IMG/VR virus record: IMGVR_UViG_3300023049_000005
Coordinates: 62,001-126,000 of that record
Reading direction: 5' to 3' (one strand)
DNA: 64,000 bases
This document shows positions 51,255-59,922 of the stretch, piece after piece (the first letter of the stretch is position 1; the number at the start of each line of letters is the position of its first letter). The notes beneath the pieces are model-generated. The model was not told the DNA's origin, searched no databases, and saw nothing but the letters and a program-made list of their open reading frames with translations. Both the position numbers and the translations under genes were made by a program.

Positions 51255-51719
51255 TTAGTTTTGGGGTTGTAGATATTTAAATACTTCTTTCATACCTTTT
51301 TCAATAGCTTTTTCTCTTTTTTTAATTGGGTTATCAGAAGTTTCTTTCTCATATACACACCAAACATATTCAACTCCTCCGTTATATCCATTTCTAAGAG
51401 GGGCAACATAAAAGTGTATATTATATTTCTCTATTAACCAATCTTGAACATCATGTATTCTAGGCGCAGAACACATATACCAATGTTCACTAGAATTATC
51501 TAGTGTTTTATCATTATTAATGAAAGATTGTGATTCTCTTGATAGTTCATTCATTTCCCAACCAAAAGATCCTTCTTTTTTACCCGTTTCAGGATCTACA
51601 CTTTCAGTTAAAGAAATCACATAATGATGACTAGATAATCTATTATATCCCACTTCTTTTAATTTCTTTGAAATATCAAAAGGGAGAATATCATTATTTA
51701 TTTTATCGAATATATTCAT
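51255..51719 (-). CDS. hypothetical phage protein
   Basis: SKKLKEVGY...SAP....VQDWL.EKYNI pattern. Confidence 0.6.
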   Translation of the reverse strand: MNIFDKINNDILPFDISKKLKEVGYNRLSSHHYVISLTESVDPETGKKEGSFGWEMNELSRESQSFINNDKTLDNSSEHWYMCSAPRIHDVQDWLIEKYNIHFYVAPLRNGYNGGVEYVWCVYEKETSDNPIKKREKAIEKGMKEVFKYLQPQN

Positions 51720-51946
51720 TATTTTTCGAATTTAATAGTCACAGATTTAATATATTTATTATCTTCGAATGTTTTAACTACTTCTTTTGTAGCTTCTTTC
51801 ATTTCGAAAATATTTTTTTCTATTAAATCCTCAAAATTATCATTAGTGAAATTATTAGTACTCCATCGTTTCTGTTTTTAATATATTCCATCTTTAGTTG
51901 TCTTTAATATTACAACAAATATACGAATTATTTTAATATATAAGAT

Positions 51947-52615
51947 ATGTTATTTAAATATCAACAATTTTTAAAAGAGAATAATAGTCTTAATATTTGG
52001 TATCATGGTACACCCGATGGTAGAGGGATAGTCAAAGATGGATTCTCACAAAATACTAAAAGTGTGGAATATTTAAAAGATATTGAAGGTTATAAAGATA
52101 TTATGAACCAATTAGAACAAGCTAGAATAGATGGTAAAGATAAATACTTTGAGATATTAGATAAGATATCTGATTTCAAAGACAATTTCACTTTTAATAA
52201 ACCTATATTTTTAAGTAATAATTATAGAGTTGCTTCTACGTATGCTACTGAGAAAAGAGCATTTGATTACCAAGAATCTATACCGAAAGTATTTAAAATG
52301 GGTATAAAAAACGAAGGTAAGGTATTAACTATATATGCTCACAATAAACGATTTAGATTTATTGATTCTGATTTTATAAAAAAGGGGTTAATGGACGGTG
52401 GTATAAGTTCAGAAAAAGCTGAAGAAACTATAAGTAAATTCAATTTCTTTTCAAGAAAAGATGGGATATCGATAGATACTATTGGAGCTATTGCTACTTA
52501 TTTAGGATTTGATACAGTAGATGTAGTTGGTGTATTAGATAGTTACCACGGTGGTACTGTAAAATCTACGGTAAGAATGGTATTTGATTCGAAGAATATA
52601 GAGATATTAAACTAA
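51947..52615 (+). CDS. ADP-ribosyltransferase-like protein with CTS-like N-terminus
   Basis: WYHGT...IFLS....VA.TYA...GFD.V...VF pattern; MLFKYQQFLKEN. Confidence 0.6.
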   Translation: MLFKYQQFLKENNSLNIWYHGTPDGRGIVKDGFSQNTKSVEYLKDIEGYKDIMNQLEQARIDGKDKYFEILDKISDFKDNFTFNKPIFLSNNYRVASTYATEKRAFDYQESIPKVFKMGIKNEGKVLTIYAHNKRFRFIDSDFIKKGLMDGGISSEKAEETISKFNFFSRKDGISIDTIGAIATYLGFDTVDVVGVLDSYHGGTVKSTVRMVFDSKNIEILN

Positions 52616-53034
52616 TCTCCTAATATTTTATCTATCATATAATCTCTCATAAGATAACTAAAATTTTTATCATTAGATAATGTTTCTAAGGTATCATTAT
52701 ATGATTTCTCTGTAACAGTTAAATTATATTCTTTTACATAGTCTAATCTACGTAATAAAAATCGACGCATTAAATCCTTATCTCTGAAATAAAAAGTAGA
52801 TTGATTTGATGCGTGATCAGAAGGATCTGTTTCTATTCTCGATAATTTATCAACACTTAATTGACTTCCATAATAACAATTTTCTAATTTCAAATTATTA
52901 TTTAACGGAAAATTCAATTCGTATATTTGACCTTGTGCGAATGGGTTGATGATAACAGTAGTATAGCGATATTCTTCTAGTTTCTTAGCTATACTTTTAG
53001 ATTGTTTACTAGTTAGACTAAGACCATTAACCAT
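52612..53034 (-). CDS. hypothetical protein, C-terminal motif family; probably starts at 53164 across an A9 frameshift
   Basis: ends RDYMIDKILGD; removing one A from the run at 53075-83 joins it to the ATG at 53164. Confidence 0.6.
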   Translation of the reverse strand: MVNGLSLTSKQSKSIAKKLEEYRYTTVIINPFAQGQIYELNFPLNNNLKLENCYYGSQLSVDKLSRIETDPSDHASNQSTFYFRDKDLMRRFLLRRLDYVKEYNLTVTEKSYNDTLETLSNDKNFSYLMRDYMIDKILGD

Positions 53035-53280
53035 TTCATTAACTGTCTTAAAGGGTAATAATTCTAACTTATTGTTTTTTTTTATTATAATAAGTCTTTA
53101 TATCATTAGCTAAAAATCCGTTATTCTCTTTAATGTAGATGAAATTATTTCTATTATTTCCCATAATTTGTCTATTTATTACAGCAAATATAACCAATTT
53201 TAATTAAATATAGGCTAAAAGACCTATAAGTACTTAATATAGTCTTATATGGCTATAATTAAGTTTTTTATATATAATTC

Positions 53281-53718
53281 ATGAAAAAATTCTTAATTAA
53301 ATTAATCTATAAATGTATAGAGCTTATAGAAAGGATAGAATATAGAAACCATATATTAGACGAAGATGATAATGATTATAAAATATTATCTGAACATGAT
53401 GTTTATGGGTATAAAGTTAAATCTGATTCGGGTTATATTGATATTAGTAAAATGATGATCACACAACCATATACTCATTATTATTTAGAGTTAGAAAATG
53501 GGATGAATTTGACTTGTGCTGATAATCATAGAATATTTGATCAATATTTAAGTGAAATGTTTGTGAAACACTTAAAGGTAGGTGATAAAATATCTACTGA
53601 ATCAGGTATATCTAAAGTTAAGATAATAAAGAAATTGAAAAGAAAGACTTCTATGGTTGATATTACAGTTGATCATGAAGACCATAGGTATTATACAAAT
53701 GGTATATTAAGTCATAAC
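53281..53718 (+). mobile_element. intein C-fragment (IntC)
   Basis: ends His-Asn with Thr at +1; no recognisable block A or N-extein in the ORF. Confidence 0.8.
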
Positions 53719-55518
53719 ACAGTATGTGCGGCTATTTATATATTACATTATATGATGTTTAATAATAATAAAAACGTACTTATTGCTGCGAATAAATTAG
53801 AAACATCACAAGAAGTACTTGATAAAATTAAGACACTTTATAGTTACATTCCATTGTTTTTAAAACAAGGTATTGATACATGGAATGTAAATAGGATAAA
53901 ATTTGAGAACGGATGTAGAGCTAAAGCATTCGCAATGACGAAAAATGCTTCTATTGGTAATGCGGGTGACTTAGTATATGTTGATGAGTTTGCCCATATT
54001 AATAATAATATAGCAGATAAATTCTATAAATCTATTTTCCCTACTTTAGCATCTATCGAAAATTCTAAAATGATTATTACATCGACACCTGATGGATATA
54101 ACCTATTTCATAAACTATTAACAGATGCTGAGAGAGAAATATCAGATCCATTGAAGAATGAGTTTACACCATTGAGGGTTTATTGGCATCAAGTACCTGG
54201 TCGTAATGTAACTTATTTCAAGATAAACCAACATTTATTATTACAACAGAATTTAGATTTAGATTCGGTCTTTGAACAATTGAAAGAAATATATAACCCT
54301 AACGATGATGTCAATTCTAATAATATTCCTCTTGTAACAAAGAAAACACAAAGTATTAATAGGAAAACATGGATACATGTACAGAACACAGAAAGATTAA
54401 AATATGATGATCTTAAAAATACTTCTGTGGTCAATAGAGATGGTGAAAAAATATTTTGTTCTACATTCTGTGATGGTATTTCTACTTGGAAATTAGATGC
54501 AATTAAGAATATTGGTGGTGAGGATAACTTTAATCAAGAATATGATCTTCGTTTCGCATCAGGGTCTAGAAGTGTATTAAAAGAAGAAACCATTGAAAGA
54601 ATTACTAATAGTAAACAAAAGTATAGACATATTAATGGATTAGAAGAATTCGATAAATTAAAATGGGATTATAGCTCATTAAAATTCGCTAAAGATTGGG
54701 ATGAAGATATGAGAAAGAATATGTATGGTATGATCTCCGTCGATGTATCTGAGGGATTAGGTCAAGATTATAGTGTAATTAATATGTTCAGATTAGGATA
54801 TAAATCACAAGAAATAATAGAAGAACAAAAGGAACACTATTCAGTAAGAGAAGACTTTTTTCAATTAACTCAATTTGGATTATTTAGATCTAATATAATT
54901 AGTGTAGAGCAACTTGCTGAGATACTTTATGTATTGATATTCGAATTTTTTGATCCTGATAAAATGAAAGTAGTTGTTGAATATAACAATGACGGAAAGA
55001 CATTATTGAATGCTATTAAGAACGTATTCAACAGAGAGAATGATTATAGTACTTATGTTATGTTAAAATTTAAACATCGATTAGATGCTGTTGATCGAAA
55101 GGTAGGTCTGAAAGTAGGACTTAATAAAAATAAGTTTGTTAAAGATTATCAGTTAATGTTAGAAGATCAGACTATTTTAGTTAGTGAAGAGAATACTATC
55201 AAAGAGATATCTACCTTTATTTCACATGAAACAGCAGCAGGGAATGTGATTTATAGAGGGGATGGTTCTAATGATGACTTAGCTATGACTATTGTGAATC
55301 TAACACAAGGTTGGAGAAACAGATCATTTAAAGATACTGTATTAGATTTCATGGATAATGAACCGAATAATATTATAAATAAATTAATAGCTGAGGTATT
55401 AGAAAAGGAGAAGTCTATTGGAACAGATTATGGATCTTTTTTTAAGGGTAAGAAAAATTACACAAATTATAATACTAGAAATTTTAGAGGGGGTATAGAC
55501 CCTAAATCACTTATTTAA
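53281..55518 (+). CDS. terL: terminase large subunit C-terminal half preceded by a split-intein C-fragment
   Basis: aa 1-146 intein (CADNH block B; YYTNGILSHN), then T of Walker A, VDEFAH Walker B, ITSTP.G, DVSEG.GQDYS, NDDLAM. Confidence 0.9.
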   Translation: MKKFLIKLIYKCIELIERIEYRNHILDEDDNDYKILSEHDVYGYKVKSDSGYIDISKMMITQPYTHYYLELENGMNLTCADNHRIFDQYLSEMFVKHLKVGDKISTESGISKVKIIKKLKRKTSMVDITVDHEDHRYYTNGILSHNTVCAAIYILHYMMFNNNKNVLIAANKLETSQEVLDKIKTLYSYIPLFLKQGIDTWNVNRIKFENGCRAKAFAMTKNASIGNAGDLVYVDEFAHINNNIADKFYKSIFPTLASIENSKMIITSTPDGYNLFHKLLTDAEREISDPLKNEFTPLRVYWHQVPGRNVTYFKINQHLLLQQNLDLDSVFEQLKEIYNPNDDVNSNNIPLVTKKTQSINRKTWIHVQNTERLKYDDLKNTSVVNRDGEKIFCSTFCDGISTWKLDAIKNIGGEDNFNQEYDLRFASGSRSVLKEETIERITNSKQKYRHINGLEEFDKLKWDYSSLKFAKDWDEDMRKNMYGMISVDVSEGLGQDYSVINMFRLGYKSQEIIEEQKEHYSVREDFFQLTQFGLFRSNIISVEQLAEILYVLIFEFFDPDKMKVVVEYNNDGKTLLNAIKNVFNRENDYSTYVMLKFKHRLDAVDRKVGLKVGLNKNKFVKDYQLMLEDQTILVSEENTIKEISTFISHETAAGNVIYRGDGSNDDLAMTIVNLTQGWRNRSFKDTVLDFMDNEPNNIINKLIAEVLEKEKSIGTDYGSFFKGKKNYTNYNTRNFRGGIDPKSLI

Positions 55519-55863
55519 GCTTTCATCTATCATTTTTTTCCATTCGGCAGCACCTTCGTAATCTTCAACTTTAACACAATTTTCCATTTCGGTTTCCATT
55601 TCCTTGATTGCGTCTTTTTTAATTATATTAAGGTTCTTCTCAACATTAGCTTCTAGTCCTACTAATATTTGATTGTTTTTTTGATGTAATCTAACAGTTC
55701 TTTCGGTTCTTAATTCATTTAGACCATTATTAAAATCATTTAATTCACCTATTGTGTTAGATTCGAATATTTCCTCAGTGAGTTTTACTATCTCAATAAA
55801 TACATCGTTTTTATTGGTATGTAATTCCAAGTACCCTACTATTCTATCTTTCATTTTATCCAT
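55507..55863 (-). CDS. UVR (UvrB/C-type coiled-coil) domain protein
   Basis: EMENCVKVEDYEGAAEWKKMI. Confidence 0.7.
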   Translation of the reverse strand: MDKMKDRIVGYLELHTNKNDVFIEIVKLTEEIFESNTIGELNDFNNGLNELRTERTVRLHQKNNQILVGLEANVEKNLNIIKKDAIKEMETEMENCVKVEDYEGAAEWKKMIDESLNK

Positions 55864-56006
55864 AATCTTATTATTTTATAATCTACCCATACCACAAAGT
55901 TAAGGATTTTATTTAAATATATACATTATATAGGTATATAGTATAAACTGTAAAATACCACTTTTAGAAGTTAATATATATATTAGAAAAAAAATATTTA
56001 AACAAT

Positions 56007-59000
56007 ATGCCAACAGTAGATATAGGTAAATACCAAAGACCAGGAATTTTCATAGAAGAATTTAATAACTCAGCAATAGAAACACCTATTGTTACAGGTA
56101 TTCAGTCATTAGTTATTGGTTCTAGTAAGAAAGGACCTCTCAATACACCTGTTGTAATTAACTCACAAATCCAATTAGAAAGAATTTTTGGAACAATTGA
56201 TAGATCTTTAGAATCAAAGGGTTCTTTTTTTCACAGAACTATATCAAGAGTTTTACAAAACACACCCGTAGTTGCTATGAACATAGTAGACTTAGACGAC
56301 GATTTAGATCAAATCGAGTATAAATCATTATCAACAGCAACAGGTTATGTAAATGATGCAATAAGAGAAGCACCATATAGTAGATTTTTCAATACTTCTG
56401 CTTTTTGGGAAAAAGATAGAGAAGCATTTTTATCTGTAACAGACGATAACGCAGGTGACGAAAATAGAGTATTACACTTCACTAACTTAAATAATAGACA
56501 AGTTACTATCTTTATAGTAAAGTCACAAAACTCATATGGATTTGATAAAACATTATTAGAATGGTATGGATCAGTTGATAAAGTACCTTTATATTTGGAT
56601 AAAAATGATTTCGCATCAGACTACTTAGTAGATGTTGTAATGTTATCAGGAGATTGGACTAATTACACTGAATTATCAGTAGATCCAATTTGGAGTCAAT
56701 ACTTCAATAACCAAGGATTAGTTAAAGATCAATTATTCAATTTAGTGAATAATCAAAGTATTAATACGTTAGGGGTATTCAGAAACTTATCATTAATCCC
56801 TTACTTCACAGATGCTAGTAACACTAACATCTTTATTGAAGATAGAATTAATTTAAGAACTGATGAAACAGGTATTTATATGGCATATAATATCGACGCA
56901 GTAGAAACTACATATAGAAATGGTTTATTAGATTTAGTAGGTAATAATATTATTGCTGATAACACTATTGAAAGAATTGAAATGTTATCATATAATGATG
57001 ATGTTACAGAAAAAAACGAATATGTTGAAAAACAATTAGATTCATTAGGTAATACACACCAATTAACATTTGGTTCTTATTATCAAGAAGCGGGTCAAGA
57101 AAGAAAGGCAGCATACGCAGAGGATTTTGTGATCGGTCTTATCGGACCTTCTGCATCTGAGATTGATGGTACATACCCATCGGATGTAGGATATGGTACA
57201 TATAGCGTAGATTTTGGTACAACTTCTGTAACAATTGGAGCAGAACAACCATATGCTATCATTGGTGGACAAGCTTTATTAATAGCTGCTACTGATTTTG
57301 ATTTTGTTCCTGATGATTTTACGACAAATAGTACAAGTCCTGGAACAACACAAAGTTTCCAAAAAGTATTCTTTATTGATACTGACGGTGGTATTAAAAC
57401 TAACCCTAATAACAATGACCTCACAAATGGTATAGTATTAGGTTACGTTGATATTATAGTAGCATTAGATGCAGATAGAGTTAAATATTTCCAATCTGTT
57501 GACTATACACCTGTATCAGTAGGTGAAAGTGGATTTATCTACTTTGATAATTCAACTGATGTAACAGTAACAGTTAACGCTAATCAAAATCAAATTACAT
57601 ATGAATTCTTAAACACAACAGGAGTTCCTGATGTAACTGATTATGTTGGATATAGAAGATGGAAGACATTTAATAATATGTCAGGTATCTTAAGTAGTTC
57701 AACAGGAAATAGAGCAACAATATTAGTAGATGAAGGAAGTGGTTCTAATGGAAATCCATGGAAAAGAGCTATTGCTGATCTAGACGTTACATTAGTAACT
57801 AGCACTACATTAAATAAAACAATAACAATTAGTGGATTTGATACAGGATTTTTAAATTCTTCTATCTTAGAAACTAACGGACTTGTATTACATATAATTG
57901 ATAATGAATTTGTATTATCATCAGAAGGTGCTATTACAACAAATAATTGGATTGGAGCAACATATGGTATAGTAGCTGAATACAGTGATTTATATCAAGA
58001 TTATATAGATGGTAATATAAACACAGGAGATTATTTCTACGAAAACTTAATTGATGGATTAGATAATACAGCCGAAGCATCTGAGTTAAACTATGTTAGA
58101 TTATTAGATATCAATGGTGATGATTACTTAATAAGTGATAAAGAATTAAATTTCCAAACGAATGATACTATTATCTTACCTGAATCTACAAGTAACACAG
58201 GAGAATTGATCGTTTCAGATCCAACTCCAATTGCTACGGGATTAACGGGAGCGACAGGTGCGTATTTTGGATATTTATTATCATCTAATATTACTGATGA
58301 AGTAATAGTTAATCCAACTAAGATTTGGTTAACAAGCGGAACAGGACAAAAATTCCTAAGATTTTACTTAGTGAATGATATATTGACAATTGATTTTACT
58401 GATGCTAGTCTAAACCCTGGTGCGAGTACATTCAATAAAACGATTGATATTATTTCACAATCATCTAATTTTAGACAAACAGTAGAAATAGAAGAACCTG
58501 TAGGATACACTCCTATAACTAATAAAATATTAGTAGATGCTACTAGATATGCTGAAATTAGAATAGGTGATTTCTTACAAGCAGTAGCACCTGAGGCAAC
58601 TGAATTAGGAGAAGTTCCAAGACAAGTAACAAGAGTTATCAGAAAAAGAACATATTCTGAGGATGTATCATTAGTAGAAATTACATGTGATTCAGCTATT
58701 AGATTATATGACTTCAATGGTGATAAACAAACATACAGATTTACACAGATCGATGATTATGTATCAACATATAAAGGTATTAATTTATTTGGTTTCAGAT
58801 TAAGAACAGCTTCTTTACCTGATAATACTGATAGTAGATTAACAGATATATTAAATGTAGTAGGTAAAGGAACATCTTTATATAACGCATTAACAGATAA
58901 AAATATCATTGATTTTAGATACTTGATCGATTCTTATGGATTAGGTCTTATAAGTAATTCTAAGCAACAATTAGCTGATATTTGTGGTAAGCGTTTAGAT

Positions 59001-59816
59001 TGCTTCGGTATATTAAACATGCCAAGTATGAAACAATTTAGAAATGCTGCAGCACCGAGTTTCACTGATAGTAGAGGTGCTATTAGATTTGATTATATCA
59101 GATTAGGAGGTAACCCTGAAGCAGTTGCGGGATTTAACTTCTCATTAGCAGAAGGCGATGGTCAAACATGTGTGGCTTACTTTACTCCTTATGTAACAAT
59201 AGGAGATAACGGTAGACCAATTTCATTACCACCATCATCATTTGTGGCTAACACTTTCCTTAGAAAGCATAATAACGCTCTAACAAGTGTGACACCATGG
59301 ACTATTGCTGCGGGTATTACTGATGGACAAATTACAGGTATATCAGGATTAGAATATAATTTAACAAATGAAGATATCATCGAGTTAAACCAAATGTCAG
59401 TTAACCCAATTGTTTCTAAGAGAAACAGAGGTAATGTAATTGAAACTGAGAATACAGCAGAATCACTAGTAAATAGTGCATTAAGCTTTATCCATTCAAG
59501 AGAAGTATTAATTGAATTAGAAAGAGATCTTTCTGATATGTTACTACAATTCCAATGGAAATATAACACACCTGAGATTAGATCAGAGATCAAATTAAGA
59601 GCAGATACTATCTGTCAAGACTATGTAAATAGAAACGGACTATTTAACTTCTTTAATAAGATTGATAGTGAAAACAACACACAGGAGATTATCGATAATC
59701 AAATAGGTGTATTAGACACATATGTTGAGATTATTAAAGGTATGGGTGTAATTGTTAATAACATCACGATACTTAATACGGGTGCAATTGATTCATCAGG
59801 TTTTCAAACTAGTTAA
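56007..59816 (+). CDS. contractile tail sheath protein (gp18-like), enlarged
   Basis: RPGIFIEE, G.SKKGP.NTPV, PPS..VA, PW...AG...G, VNPI, D..NNT...ID. Confidence 0.92.
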   Translation: MPTVDIGKYQRPGIFIEEFNNSAIETPIVTGIQSLVIGSSKKGPLNTPVVINSQIQLERIFGTIDRSLESKGSFFHRTISRVLQNTPVVAMNIVDLDDDLDQIEYKSLSTATGYVNDAIREAPYSRFFNTSAFWEKDREAFLSVTDDNAGDENRVLHFTNLNNRQVTIFIVKSQNSYGFDKTLLEWYGSVDKVPLYLDKNDFASDYLVDVVMLSGDWTNYTELSVDPIWSQYFNNQGLVKDQLFNLVNNQSINTLGVFRNLSLIPYFTDASNTNIFIEDRINLRTDETGIYMAYNIDAVETTYRNGLLDLVGNNIIADNTIERIEMLSYNDDVTEKNEYVEKQLDSLGNTHQLTFGSYYQEAGQERKAAYAEDFVIGLIGPSASEIDGTYPSDVGYGTYSVDFGTTSVTIGAEQPYAIIGGQALLIAATDFDFVPDDFTTNSTSPGTTQSFQKVFFIDTDGGIKTNPNNNDLTNGIVLGYVDIIVALDADRVKYFQSVDYTPVSVGESGFIYFDNSTDVTVTVNANQNQITYEFLNTTGVPDVTDYVGYRRWKTFNNMSGILSSSTGNRATILVDEGSGSNGNPWKRAIADLDVTLVTSTTLNKTITISGFDTGFLNSSILETNGLVLHIIDNEFVLSSEGAITTNNWIGATYGIVAEYSDLYQDYIDGNINTGDYFYENLIDGLDNTAEASELNYVRLLDINGDDYLISDKELNFQTNDTIILPESTSNTGELIVSDPTPIATGLTGATGAYFGYLLSSNITDEVIVNPTKIWLTSGTGQKFLRFYLVNDILTIDFTDASLNPGASTFNKTIDIISQSSNFRQTVEIEEPVGYTPITNKILVDATRYAEIRIGDFLQAVAPEATELGEVPRQVTRVIRKRTYSEDVSLVEITCDSAIRLYDFNGDKQTYRFTQIDDYVSTYKGINLFGFRLRTASLPDNTDSRLTDILNVVGKGTSLYNALTDKNIIDFRYLIDSYGLGLISNSKQQLADICGKRLDCFGILNMPSMKQFRNAAAPSFTDSRGAIRFDYIRLGGNPEAVAGFNFSLAEGDGQTCVAYFTPYVTIGDNGRPISLPPSSFVANTFLRKHNNALTSVTPWTIAAGITDGQITGISGLEYNLTNEDIIELNQMSVNPIVSKRNRGNVIETENTAESLVNSALSFIHSREVLIELERDLSDMLLQFQWKYNTPEIRSEIKLRADTICQDYVNRNGLFNFFNKIDSENNTQEIIDNQIGVLDTYVEIIKGMGVIVNNITILNTGAIDSSGFQTS

Positions 59817-59831
59817 TTTTAATAGATAAGA

Positions 59832-59865
59832 ATAAAAAAAGGAGAAATATATTCTCCTTTTTTTA
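59832..59865 (+). terminator. terminator after the sheath gene
   Basis: AAAAAAAGGAGAA-ATATA-TTCTCCTTTTTTT. Confidence 0.8.
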
Positions 59866-59922
59866 TTGTTTAAACTTTTTTCCTATATTTGATACATATA
59901 TAAAACACCAATATATAGTAAT

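Noticed and set aside
53314-53316. Cys12 (YK-CIEL) as the start of a contiguous intein
   Set aside because: Following residues do not fit block A and only 11 residues precede it, so the terminase N-terminal region would still be missing; not fully excluded
56007-59816. Antisense ORFs inside the sheath gene, and similar ones inside the helicase, prs and protease genes
   Set aside because: Shadow frames of strongly supported genes, with low-complexity Ser/Ile/Leu-rich translations
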